Virus record (IMG/VR): IMGVR_UViG_3300045988_140849
Direction: 5' to 3' (one strand)
Source of the DNA: a virus
Taxonomy: Duplodnaviria > Heunggongvirae > Uroviricota > Caudoviricetes
Length of the DNA stretch: 19,895 nt
In this document: piece after piece, positions 7,974 to 16,955 of the stretch
Numbering within the stretch: position 1 is the stretch's first letter
Layout: each line of letters starts with the position of its first letter
Notes under the pieces: model-generated
Seen by the model: only the letters and a program-made list of their open reading frames with translations
Database searches by the model: none
Told to the model about the DNA's origin: nothing
Program-made: the position numbers and the translations under genes

Positions 7974-9806
7974 ATGAATGATATCTTTGTTCTTACAAGG
8001 GAAGAGCTTGAAACACTAGATTATAGTGTTTTTATGCATATACCAGTTACATTTCATGCACATAAAATAAAAAAATATCTGGATGGGATTGCTGAGTCAT
8101 CAGAAAACCCCAAAGAGAAAAAATTAGCATCTCTTTTTGGTATGCTATATAGTTTCAATTTGCAAGTTGTTAACAACACTCCATCATTTGAACCCCAAAT
8201 GATTTGGGGTAATAAAAGATCAATATTGCCTGAAGATTTTGATGAGCAGGTGAATGACTGTCTTTTATATGTTTCTCAAAAAATAACCAATCCATTTTTG
8301 TTATCAAGAATATATGATGTTGTTTGGTGTAATAATCGGAAAAATAAAGACGTGGCAATTAAAGCAATTGATTCCTATGCTGAAATGCTAAATATAGCAA
8401 TTGAAAAGCTAATAATAAAAAACGAAAGCATAGATGAAAGTGATTTAAATTGCTTTATTTTTGCTCGTGATTATATTGCTAGGGCTTTGCACATTAATAA
8501 AATGGTCTACCCTAGAAAATCAGAAGGAAACATGGCGATTAAAAATGCCATTCATTCTCTTTATAGTATTCAAAATGAAAGATTAATCTTTGAAGGTTTC
8601 AATAATTTGACTTGGTTTATGGTGCGTGATTTTGATGGGTATAATCTGCAGTATGCGGAAAATGCTGAGAAGATGGCTGAGCAGCATAAAGATAAAAAAT
8701 ATTATGATGCTGTAAAATCACTTTATATGACAAGTGCAGTTATTTATGAAAAAAATGGTGAGTATGAACGTGCCAAGAGATGTAAACTGGCATCTGCAAA
8801 TATTACTATTAAAGTTGCAACAGAACGACCTGATAATATGGGTAAGATCTCTTGGTTAAGAACAGCTATCTCTGAATTAAGACAGTACGGTGGTGATAGC
8901 CAACAGATAGAAGATTTAAAGGAACAACTTGCTAATTTGAGAGAAGAAGTAAGGAGTGAATATGTCACTTTAAGCCATTCTATTGATATTAGTGACTTGG
9001 TTGCTGAAAGTGAAAAAAAACTGACGGGGCGTTCTTTGCCCGATATATTCAAAGTTTTAATGAGTGAAACACCGATTGAAAATATTGAAAGCATGAGGGA
9101 ACAAGTTTTAAGATTATCAGAAAAAAGTTTATTCTCTAGTTTTGTTGGAACAGAAATTAATGATGAGAGTGGGCGTAAGATATATACAATCCCGCCGTTG
9201 GATAATAAAAAAGATATGAGTGATGATGTTGTTATTGATCAATATCTAAGAAATTTCGAGATTACTCATAAGATTTTTGTAAACGGTGTCTTTGAACCTG
9301 CTCGCTATGTACTTTCTCAAGAACATGGCTTGACGTTGTCAACATTCGTTAAATTGGTTACAACTAGTCCAATTGTCAAGCCGGAGTTTAGGGAGATTTT
9401 TAATTTGGGCTTTTACAAATTATGGCAGGGAGATTACATCAGTGCAGCTTATCTTTTAATACCACAAATGGAAGGTATGGTTCGTTATTATTATGAGCTT
9501 AGTGGAAAGGATGCTACTAGATATTTGGATAAGGGATTAGAGGAGTCAACAAGTATTTCTCAGCTTCTAGATAAATGCAGAGATGATTTGGAAAGTATCT
9601 TTTCTAAAAATCTTGTTTTGACTATCGATGTTCTTTTTAACAGAAAGAGTGGGGCAACCTTAAGACATAAATTAGCACATGGTAATTTATATACTAATGC
9701 TTGTTACGATGAAACAACGACATATGCATGCATCCTGATTTTCTTTCTGTGTGCTTATCCTCTCCTACCATATTTTGATACTGTTTTTGAACAGGGCTCT
9801 GTTTGA
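7974..9806 (+). CDS. uncharacterized 610-aa cargo protein; candidate anti-phage/abortive-infection effector with C-terminal HEPN-like R-x4-H motif
   Basis: ATG at 7974 with AAAGGTGA 5 nt upstream; the ORF-track start at 7869 is TTG. About 25-35% G+C by eye versus about 50% for flanking A and Q. Occupies the tin/old slot. No Walker A motif. RHKLAH at residues 564..569. Confidence refers to the CDS being real; the function is a hypothesis. Confidence 0.85.
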   Translation: MNDIFVLTREELETLDYSVFMHIPVTFHAHKIKKYLDGIAESSENPKEKKLASLFGMLYSFNLQVVNNTPSFEPQMIWGNKRSILPEDFDEQVNDCLLYVSQKITNPFLLSRIYDVVWCNNRKNKDVAIKAIDSYAEMLNIAIEKLIIKNESIDESDLNCFIFARDYIARALHINKMVYPRKSEGNMAIKNAIHSLYSIQNERLIFEGFNNLTWFMVRDFDGYNLQYAENAEKMAEQHKDKKYYDAVKSLYMTSAVIYEKNGEYERAKRCKLASANITIKVATERPDNMGKISWLRTAISELRQYGGDSQQIEDLKEQLANLREEVRSEYVTLSHSIDISDLVAESEKKLTGRSLPDIFKVLMSETPIENIESMREQVLRLSEKSLFSSFVGTEINDESGRKIYTIPPLDNKKDMSDDVVIDQYLRNFEITHKIFVNGVFEPARYVLSQEHGLTLSTFVKLVTTSPIVKPEFREIFNLGFYKLWQGDYISAAYLLIPQMEGMVRYYYELSGKDATRYLDKGLEESTSISQLLDKCRDDLESIFSKNLVLTIDVLFNRKSGATLRHKLAHGNLYTNACYDETTTYACILIFFLCAYPLLPYFDTVFEQGSV

Positions 9807-9833
9807 TAACGTATACGTTGAGGCATAAAACCT

Positions 9834-9885
9834 ATGCATACTTAGCTGCATCAATTTGCACGAGGTATTTCAGTATGCATTTTCT
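9834..9885 (+). terminator. inverted repeat plus T-run downstream of the cargo gene (possible terminator)
   Basis: atgcatact (9834..9842) and agtatgcat (9872..9880) are a perfect 9-bp inverted repeat followed by tttct. The loop is long at 29 nt, so confidence is low. Confidence 0.3.
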
Positions 9886-9957
9886 GCGTAATAGTAGGGA
9901 TTGCTTGGTTTGGTAGTTGTAATTCAACTGCATTCAAACCGACCCATGAAGCGGGCG

Positions 9958-9976
9958 GGCGAGGCGGGGAAAGCAC
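9958..9976. other. P2-type cohesive end (cos) sequence
   Basis: ggcgaggcggggaaagcac matches the 19-nt P2 cos sequence as recalled; it lies between the cargo locus and Q, as in P2. Confidence 0.8.
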
Positions 9977-10117
9977 TGCGCGCTGGCGGTGGTGCTGATT
10001 TTATTTTTTAGCGTCTCAGCGCGTCGTGATGGCGTTTAGATTGTGCGCCGGGGCGTTGGTGTGTCTGCGGGGTGTTTTGTGCGGTGGTGAGCGTGTGAGG
10101 GCGTGATGACGGGGTGT

Positions 10118-10139
10118 AAAAAAGCCGCCCGCAGGCGGC
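10118..10139 (-). terminator. intrinsic terminator just after Q
   Basis: On the minus strand, gccgcc-tgcg-ggcggc hairpin (plus 10124..10139) followed by TTTTTT (plus 10118..10123), starting 5 nt after the Q stop. Confidence 0.8.
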
Positions 10140-10144
10140 GATGT

Positions 10145-11179
10145 TCAGCCGTTGTCAGTGTCCAGTGAGTAGTTTTTAAAGCGGATGACCTCCTGACCGA
10201 GCCAGCCGTTTATCTCACGGATCCTGTCCTGTAACGGGATAAGCTCATTGCGGACAAAGACCTTTGCCACTTTCTCAATATCACCCAGCGACCCGACGTT
10301 CTCCGGCTTGCCGCCCATCAACTGAAAGGGGATGCGGTGCGCGTCCAGCAGGTCTGCGGCACTGGCTTTTTTGATATTAAAAAAATCGTCCTTCGTCGCC
10401 ACTTCACTGAGCGGGATAATTTTAATGCCGTCGGCTTTTCCCTGTGGGGCATAGAGAAACAGGTTTTTAAAGTTGTTGCGGCCTTTCGACTTCACCATGT
10501 TTTCGCGAAGCATTTCGATATCGTTGCGATCCTGCACGGCATCAGTGACGTACATGATGTATCCGGCATGTGCGCCGTTTTCGTAATACTTGCGGCGGAA
10601 CAGCGTGGCCGACTCATTCAGCCAGGCAGAGTTAAGGGCGCTGAGATATTCCGGCAGGCCGTACAGCTCCTGATTAATATCGGGCTCCAGCAGGTGAAAC
10701 ACGGAACCGGGCGCGAAGGCTGTCGGCTCGTTGAAGGACGGCACCCACCAGTAAACATCCTCCTCCACGCCACGGCGGGTATATTTTGCCGGTGAGGTTT
10801 CCAGTCTGATGACCTTACCGGTGGTGCTGTAACGCTTTTCCAGAAACGCATTACCGAACACCAGAAAATCCAGCACAAAGCGGCTGAAATCCTGCTGGGA
10901 AAGCCACGGGTGCGGGATAAACGTTGAAGCCAGAATATTACGTTTGACGTAAATCGGTGAGCTGTGATGCACGGCAGCACGCAGACTTTTTGCCAGACCG
11001 GTAAAGCTGACCGGTGGCTCATACCATCTGCCGTTACTGATGCATTCGACGTAATCCAGAATGTCACGGCGGTCGAGTACCGGCACTGGCTCACCAAAGG
11101 TGAATGCCTCCATTTTCGGGGCGCTGGCGGTCATTTTTTTTGCCGCAGGTTGCGGTGTTTTCCCTTTTTTCTTGCTCAT
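10145..11179 (-). CDS. Q: portal protein Q (344 aa)
   Basis: Size, orientation and position next to cos match P2 Q; start overlaps the P stop (ATGA). Confidence 0.9.
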   Translation of the reverse strand: MSKKKGKTPQPAAKKMTASAPKMEAFTFGEPVPVLDRRDILDYVECISNGRWYEPPVSFTGLAKSLRAAVHHSSPIYVKRNILASTFIPHPWLSQQDFSRFVLDFLVFGNAFLEKRYSTTGKVIRLETSPAKYTRRGVEEDVYWWVPSFNEPTAFAPGSVFHLLEPDINQELYGLPEYLSALNSAWLNESATLFRRKYYENGAHAGYIMYVTDAVQDRNDIEMLRENMVKSKGRNNFKNLFLYAPQGKADGIKIIPLSEVATKDDFFNIKKASAADLLDAHRIPFQLMGGKPENVGSLGDIEKVAKVFVRNELIPLQDRIREINGWLGQEVIRFKNYSLDTDNG

Positions 11180-12951
11180 CAGTAAAACTCCAGAATGGTG
11201 GATGTCAGCGGGGTGCTGATACCGGCGGTGAGTGGCTCATTTAACAGGGCGTGCATGGTCGCCCAGGCGAGGTCGGCGTGGCTGGCTTCCTCGCTGCGGC
11301 TGGCCTCATACGTGGCGCTGCGTCCGCTGCTGGTCATGGTCTTGCGGATAGCCATAAACGAGCTGGTGATGTCGGTGGCGCTGACGTCATATTCCAGACA
11401 GCCACGGCGGATAACGTCTTTTGCCTTGAGCACCATTGCGGTTTTCATTTCCGGCGTGTAGCGGATGTCGCGCGCGGCGGGATAGAACGAGCGCACGAGC
11501 TGGAACACGCCGACACCGAGGCCGGTGGCATCAATACCGATGTATTCGACGTTGTATTTTTCGGTGAGTTTGCGGATGGATTCAGCCTGGGTGGCAAAGT
11601 CCATGCCTTTCCACTGGTGACGCTCAAGTATTCTGAATTTGCCACCGGCCACCACCGGCGGTGCCAGCACCACGCATCCGGCACTGTCGCCACGGTGTGA
11701 CGGGTCGTAACCAATCCAGACCGGGCGGGAGCCGAACGGATTCGCGGCAAACGGCGCATAGTCTTCCCATTCTTCCAGCGTGTCGACCATGCAGCGTTGC
11801 AGCTCCTCGAACGGGAATACCGACGCCTTGTCGTCAACAAATTCACACATGAACAGGTTTTTAAAATCGTCGGCGCTGTTTTCGCGTTTAAGCTGCTCAA
11901 TGTCGAACAGCGTGCAGCCACCTTTCAGGGCGTCCTCAATGGTGACAATCTGCCGCCACTGGCCGTCCGCACAGAGAAGCCCACCGGCAAGGGCGTTATG
12001 ACTGACGTCGATTTCCACGCGTTCGGCGGCGCTGGCGCGTCCCCGGTTGAACAGTTCACCTGACCAGAACGGGTAGGCGTCGTGCGCCAGCGTGGACGGG
12101 GTGGAGAAATAGGTCGAACGCAGGTGACTCTGTGAGGCCATACCTGATGCCACCTTACGCAGTACCTGAAAATTCGGGATCCAGAAAATCTCGTCGACGT
12201 ACAGGTCGCCGTTATGGCTCTGTGCGGTGTTGGAGTTGGTGCCGAGAAAAATCAGTTTTGCGCCGTTATTGCCCAGGACAATCGGGTCACCGGTCAGGTC
12301 AACGTCAACCAGCCGGGCAAAGGCGATGATGTATTCGCGGAACACATACGCCTGCGTTTTACTGGCCGACAGAAAAATCTGGTTATGACCGGTTTTCAGG
12401 GCGCGCAGCAGCGCCTCGCGGGAAAAATAAAACGTCGCGCCAATCTGGCGGGATTTCAGGATATCGCGGATGCGGTGCTCAAGCCCGGCGCGATACCAGT
12501 GCAACTGATAGTCGAAAGACTGCTCAAAGAAAATCTGCTCCAGCTTTTCGATGGCCTCGTCACTGAAAAAATTCTTTTTCGGTTTGCGACGCCCGCCTTT
12601 GTTGCGGTTAGCGACGTTCGGATTAAGGTCTGCCTCGTTGCCGGTCTGGCTGTAACGGTTGACCCGTGCCAGCCGTTCAATCTGGCGTCCGAGCAGGTCA
12701 ATTTCCTTGAAGTCACCGCCGGTTTTCTGCGGTTTGATGATGAGCTGGGTCAGCCGCGCTTCCAGACTCATTTCGACACGGCTGATGGGGGCAACGCTGT
12801 CCCAGCCGTCGCGCTGTTTCCAGCTCTGCACCGTCGGGCGTTTCATCTGCAACATGGCGGCAATCTGCGGCACGGAAAATCCCTGCCAGTACAGCAGCGC
12901 CGCCTGACGACGCGGGTCGTGTAAAAGAGTGGTGTCTGTGGTGATGGTCAT
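11179..12951 (-). CDS. P: terminase large (ATPase) subunit P
   Basis: 590 aa from the ATG at 12949..12951 (MTITTDTTLL) with a GAGG RBS; the ORF-track extension to 12981 was rejected. Position as in P2. Confidence 0.9.
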   Translation of the reverse strand: MTITTDTTLLHDPRRQAALLYWQGFSVPQIAAMLQMKRPTVQSWKQRDGWDSVAPISRVEMSLEARLTQLIIKPQKTGGDFKEIDLLGRQIERLARVNRYSQTGNEADLNPNVANRNKGGRRKPKKNFFSDEAIEKLEQIFFEQSFDYQLHWYRAGLEHRIRDILKSRQIGATFYFSREALLRALKTGHNQIFLSASKTQAYVFREYIIAFARLVDVDLTGDPIVLGNNGAKLIFLGTNSNTAQSHNGDLYVDEIFWIPNFQVLRKVASGMASQSHLRSTYFSTPSTLAHDAYPFWSGELFNRGRASAAERVEIDVSHNALAGGLLCADGQWRQIVTIEDALKGGCTLFDIEQLKRENSADDFKNLFMCEFVDDKASVFPFEELQRCMVDTLEEWEDYAPFAANPFGSRPVWIGYDPSHRGDSAGCVVLAPPVVAGGKFRILERHQWKGMDFATQAESIRKLTEKYNVEYIGIDATGLGVGVFQLVRSFYPAARDIRYTPEMKTAMVLKAKDVIRRGCLEYDVSATDITSSFMAIRKTMTSSGRSATYEASRSEEASHADLAWATMHALLNEPLTAGISTPLTSTILEFY

Positions 12952-13124
12952 GAATACCTCGCCGTGATGAATACACGGCAAGGCTACTGAGTCGCGCCCC
13001 GCGATTCGCTAAGGTACTGTTGTGTCAGTGATAAGCCATCCGGGACTGATGGCGGAGGATGCGCATCGTCGGGAAACTGATGCCGACATGTGACTCCTCT
13101 AATCACTATTCAGGACTCCTGACA
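12952..13124. promoter_or_regulatory. divergent late promoter region between P and O
   Basis: 173-bp divergent intergenic region, where P2 carries Ogr-dependent late promoters. Only a TGTTGT half-site (13018..13023) was seen; no full dyad was found by eye. Confidence 0.5.
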
Positions 13125-13979
13125 ATGGCAAAAAAAGTCTCAAAATTCTTTCGTATCGGCGTTGAGGGTGACACCTGTGACGGGCGTGTCATCAGTGCGC
13201 AGGATATTCAGGAAATGGCCGAAACCTTTGACCCGCGAGTCTATGGTTGCCGCATTAACCTGGAACATCTGCGCGGCATCCTGCCTGACGGTATTTTTAA
13301 GCGTTATGGCGATGTGGCCGAACTGAAGGCCGAAAAGATTGACGATGATTCGGCGCTGAAAGGCAAATGGGCGCTGTTTGCGAAAATCACCCCGACCGAT
13401 GACCTTATCGCGATGAACAAGGCCGCGCAGAAGGTCTATACCTCAATGGAAATTCAGCCGAACTTTGCCAATACCGGCAAATGTTATCTGGTGGGTCTGG
13501 CCGTCACCGATGACCCGGCAAGCCTCGGCACGGAATACCTGGAATTCTGCCGCACGGCAAAACACAACCCCCTGAACCGCTTCAAATTAAGCCCTGAAAA
13601 CCTGATTTCAGTGGCAACGCCCGTTGAGCTGGAATTTGAAGACCTGCCTGAAACCGTGTTCACCGCCCTGACCGAAAAGGTGAAGTCCATTTTTGGCCGC
13701 AAACAGGCCAGCGATGACGCCCGTCTGAATGACGTGCATGAAGCGGTGACCGCTGTTGCTGAATATGTGCAGGAAAAACTGAGCGCCACTGAGCAGCGCC
13801 TCGCTGAGATGGAAACCGCTTTTTCCGCACTTAAGCAGGATGTGACTGACAGGGCGGATGAAACCAGCCAGGCATTCACCCGCCTGAAAAACAGTCTCGA
13901 CCACACCGAAAGTCTGACCCAGCAGCGCCGCAGCAAGGCCACCGGTGGTGGCGGTGACGCCCTGATGACGAACTGCTGA
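13125..13979 (+). CDS. O: capsid scaffold protein O (284 aa)
   Basis: ATG at 13125 (MAKKVSKFF) with an AGGA RBS; size and position match P2 O. Confidence 0.9.
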   Translation: MAKKVSKFFRIGVEGDTCDGRVISAQDIQEMAETFDPRVYGCRINLEHLRGILPDGIFKRYGDVAELKAEKIDDDSALKGKWALFAKITPTDDLIAMNKAAQKVYTSMEIQPNFANTGKCYLVGLAVTDDPASLGTEYLEFCRTAKHNPLNRFKLSPENLISVATPVELEFEDLPETVFTALTEKVKSIFGRKQASDDARLNDVHEAVTAVAEYVQEKLSATEQRLAEMETAFSALKQDVTDRADETSQAFTRLKNSLDHTESLTQQRRSKATGGGGDALMTNC

Positions 13980-14037
13980 CCGGCGTCAGTCAGTCCGGGA
14001 AAACCTTCACGATTAACCCTTAATTTCAGGAAAAACT

Positions 14038-15111
14038 ATGCGCCAGGAAACCCGCTTTAAATTTAATGCCTACCTGTCCCGTGTTGCCGAACTGAACGGC
14101 ATCGACGCCGGTGATGTGTCGAAAAAATTCACCGTTGAACCGTCGGTCACCCAGACCCTGATGAACACCATGCAGGAGTCCTCTGACTTTCTGACCCGCA
14201 TCAACATTGTGCCGGTCAGCGAAATGAAAGGGGAAAAAATTGGCATCGGTGTCACCGGCTCCATCGCCAGCACCACCGACACCGCCGGTGGCACCGAGCG
14301 TCAGCCGAAGGACTTCTCGAAGCTGGCGTCAAACAAGTACGAATGCGACCAGATTAACTTCGATTTTTATATCCGCTACAAAACGCTGGACCTGTGGGCG
14401 CGTTATCAGGATTTCCAGCTCCGTGTCCGTAACGCCATTATCAAACGCCAGTCCCTTGATTTAATCATGGCCGGTTTTAACGGCGTGAGGCGTGCCGAAA
14501 CCTCTGACCGCAGCAGCAATCCGATGCTGCAGGATGTGGCGGTCGGCTGGCTGCAGAAATACCGCAATGAAGCCCCGGCGCGCGTGATGAGCAAGGTCAC
14601 TGACGAGGAAGGGCACACCACCTCTGAGGTTATCCGCGTGGGTAAGGGCGGTGATTATGTAAGCCTCGACGCACTGGTGATGGATGCGACCAACAACCTG
14701 ATTGAACCGTGGTATCAGGAAGACCCTGACCTTGTGGTGATTGTGGGGCGTCAGCTACTGGCGGACAAGTATTTCCCCATCGTTAACAAGGAGCAGGACA
14801 ACAGCGAAATGCTGGCCGCTGACGTCATCATCAGCCAGAAACGCATCGGTAACCTGCCAGCGGTACGCGTCCCGTACTTCCCGGCGGATGCGATGCTCAT
14901 CACGAAGCTGGAAAACCTGTCCATCTACTACATGGATGACAGCCATCGCCGCGTGATTGTGGAAAACCCGAAACTCGACCGCGTGGAGAACTACGAGTCA
15001 ATGAACATTGATTACGTGGTGGAAGACTACGCCGCCGGTTGTCTGGTGGAAAAAATCAAGGTCGGTGATTTCTCCACACCGGCTAAGGCGACCGCAGAGC
15101 CGGGAGCGTAA
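14038..15111 (+). CDS. N: major capsid protein N (357 aa)
   Basis: Size and position match P2 N; AGGA RBS upstream. Confidence 0.9.
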   Translation: MRQETRFKFNAYLSRVAELNGIDAGDVSKKFTVEPSVTQTLMNTMQESSDFLTRINIVPVSEMKGEKIGIGVTGSIASTTDTAGGTERQPKDFSKLASNKYECDQINFDFYIRYKTLDLWARYQDFQLRVRNAIIKRQSLDLIMAGFNGVRRAETSDRSSNPMLQDVAVGWLQKYRNEAPARVMSKVTDEEGHTTSEVIRVGKGGDYVSLDALVMDATNNLIEPWYQEDPDLVVIVGRQLLADKYFPIVNKEQDNSEMLAADVIISQKRIGNLPAVRVPYFPADAMLITKLENLSIYYMDDSHRRVIVENPKLDRVENYESMNIDYVVEDYAAGCLVEKIKVGDFSTPAKATAEPGA

Positions 15112-15114
15112 CCG

Positions 15115-15858
15115 ATGACGAGTCCCGCACAGCGCCACATGATGCGGGTCTCGGCAGCGATGACCGCGCAGCGGGAAGCCGCCCCGCTGCGACATGCAAC
15201 TGTCTATGAGCAGATGCTGGTCAAGCTGGCCGCAGACCAGCGCACACTGAAAGCGATTTATTCAAAAGAGCTTAAGGCCGCGAAAAAGCGCGAACTGCTG
15301 CCGTTCTGGTTGCCGTGGGTGAACGGTGTGCTGGAGCAGGGCAAAGGTGCACAGGATGACATTCTGATGACGGTCATGCTGTGGCGTCTGGATACCGGCG
15401 ATATTGCCGGTGCGCTGGAGATTGCCCGTTATGCCCTGAAGTACGGTCTGACCATGCCGGGTAAACACCGCCGCACCCCGCCGTACATGTTCACCGAGGA
15501 GGTCGCACTCGCGGCCATGCGCGCTCACGCTGCCGGTGAATCTGTGGATATCCGCCTGCTGACGGAGACCCTTGAACTGACCGCCACGGCTGACATGCCT
15601 GATGAAGTGCGCGCAAAGCTGCACAAAATCACCGGTCTGTTTCTGCGTGACGCTGGTGATGCCGCCGGTGCGCTGGCTCACCTGCAACGTGCGACACAGC
15701 TCGACTGTCAGGCAGGCGTCAAAAAAGAGATTGAACGACTGGGGCGGGAGCTGAAACCGAAGCCGGAGCCGCAGCCCAAAGCGGCCACCCGTACCCCGCG
15801 TAAGACCCGGAGCGTGACACCGGCAAAACGTGGACGCCCGAAAAAGAAAGCCAGTTAA
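15115..15858 (+). CDS. M: terminase small (endonuclease) subunit M (247 aa)
   Basis: Follows N by 3 nt; size and position match P2 M. Confidence 0.9.
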   Translation: MTSPAQRHMMRVSAAMTAQREAAPLRHATVYEQMLVKLAADQRTLKAIYSKELKAAKKRELLPFWLPWVNGVLEQGKGAQDDILMTVMLWRLDTGDIAGALEIARYALKYGLTMPGKHRRTPPYMFTEEVALAAMRAHAAGESVDIRLLTETLELTATADMPDEVRAKLHKITGLFLRDAGDAAGALAHLQRATQLDCQAGVKKEIERLGRELKPKPEPQPKAATRTPRKTRSVTPAKRGRPKKKAS

Positions 15859-15957
15859 CAACCGAATGCGCCCCGCGCCAGGGCGGCACGCCGGTCAGTG
15901 AGGGTGAATCACCTGACACTGCACCGGCGTCCACCGCCCGACTTTTCTGAGGTAGTC

Positions 15958-16467
15958 ATGATGACGCTGATTATTCCGCGAAAGGAGGCTCCCGTGTCCG
16001 GTGAGGGTACGGTGGTCATCCCGCAACCGGCAGGCGACGAGCCGGTGATTAAAAACACGTTCTTTTTTCCCGATATCGACCCGAAGCGCGTCCGGGAACG
16101 TATGCGCCTTGAGCAGACCGTCTCCCCCGCCCGTCTGCGTGAGGCCATCAAGTCAGGCATGGCGGAGACGAATGCGGAGCTGTACGAGTACCGCGAACAG
16201 AAAATTGCCGCCGGTTTTACGCGTCTGGCGGACGTTCCGGCGGACGACATCGACGGTGAAAGCATCAAAGTTTTTTACTACGAGCGCGCCGTGTGTGCGA
16301 TGGCGACCGCGTCGCTTTATGAGCGTTACCGCGGCGTGGATGCCAGTGCGAAAGGCGACAAGAAGGCTGACAGCATTGACAGCACCATCGATGAACTGTG
16401 GCGGGATATGCGCTGGGCAGTGGCGCGCATCCAGGACAAGCCGCGCTGCATCGTGAGTCAAATCTGA
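15958..16467 (+). CDS. L: head completion protein L (169 aa)
   Basis: ATG at 15958 with a GAGGTAG RBS; the ORF-track start at 15898 is GTG. Confidence 0.85.
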   Translation: MMTLIIPRKEAPVSGEGTVVIPQPAGDEPVIKNTFFFPDIDPKRVRERMRLEQTVSPARLREAIKSGMAETNAELYEYREQKIAAGFTRLADVPADDIDGESIKVFYYERAVCAMATASLYERYRGVDASAKGDKKADSIDSTIDELWRDMRWAVARIQDKPRCIVSQI

Positions 16468-16670
16468 TGAAGACCTTTGCGCTACAGGGCGACACGCTCG
16501 ACGCCATCTGTGTCCGGTATTACGGGCGCACTGAGGGCGTGGTCGAGACCGTGCTCGCCGCAAATCCGGGACTGGCTGAACTGGGTGCGGTGCTGCCGCA
16601 CGGCACCGCCGTCGAACTGCCCGACGTTCAGACCGCGCCCGTGGCTGAAACTGTCAATCTGTGGGAGTAA
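16467..16670 (+). CDS. X: tail protein X (67 aa)
   Basis: ATG overlaps the L stop (ATGA) at 16465..16469; size matches P2 X. Confidence 0.85.
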   Translation: MKTFALQGDTLDAICVRYYGRTEGVVETVLAANPGLAELGAVLPHGTAVELPDVQTAPVAETVNLWE

Positions 16671-16673
16671 CGC

Positions 16674-16955
16674 ATGACAGCAGAAGAAAAAAGCGTCCTG
16701 TCGCTTTTCATGATTGGGGTGCTGATTGTTGTCGGCAAGGTGCTTGCCGGTGGTGAACCCATCACCCCGCGTCTGTTTATCGGGCGCATGTTGCTCGGTG
16801 GTTTTGTCTTGATGGTTGCCGGTGTTGTTCTGGTGCAGTTTCCTGACCTGTCACTGCCTGCGGTGTGCGGCATCGGCTCCATGCTGGGCATCGCCGGCTA
16901 TCAGGTGATTGAGATTGCCATTCAGCGCCGTTTTAAGGGCAGGGGGAAACCGTAA
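16674..16955 (+). CDS. Y: holin Y (93 aa)
   Basis: Two hydrophobic transmembrane segments (VLSLFMIGVLIVVGKVLAGG; LLGGFVLMVAGVVLVQF); directly precedes the endolysin. Confidence 0.9.
   Translation: MTAEEKSVLSLFMIGVLIVVGKVLAGGEPITPRLFIGRMLLGGFVLMVAGVVLVQFPDLSLPAVCGIGSMLGIAGYQVIEIAIQRRFKGRGKP

Noticed and set aside
8170-9094. Antisense ORFs inside the cargo gene (8170..8358, 8744..9094)
   Set aside because: Short ORFs on the opposite strand of a coding region, with no RBS; treated as chance ORFs rather than a partner or antitoxin gene.
7974-9806. Calling the cargo gene old or tin
   Set aside because: No Walker A ATPase motif is seen and the composition and size organisation differ from what I recall for P2 tin plus old. 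A database alignment would settle it.
10337-12924. Long antisense or alternative-frame ORFs inside Q and P (for example 10337..10795, 11251..11700, 12214..12924)
   Set aside because: GC-rich coding DNA commonly yields long spurious ORFs on the other strand. Q and P fully account for the region.
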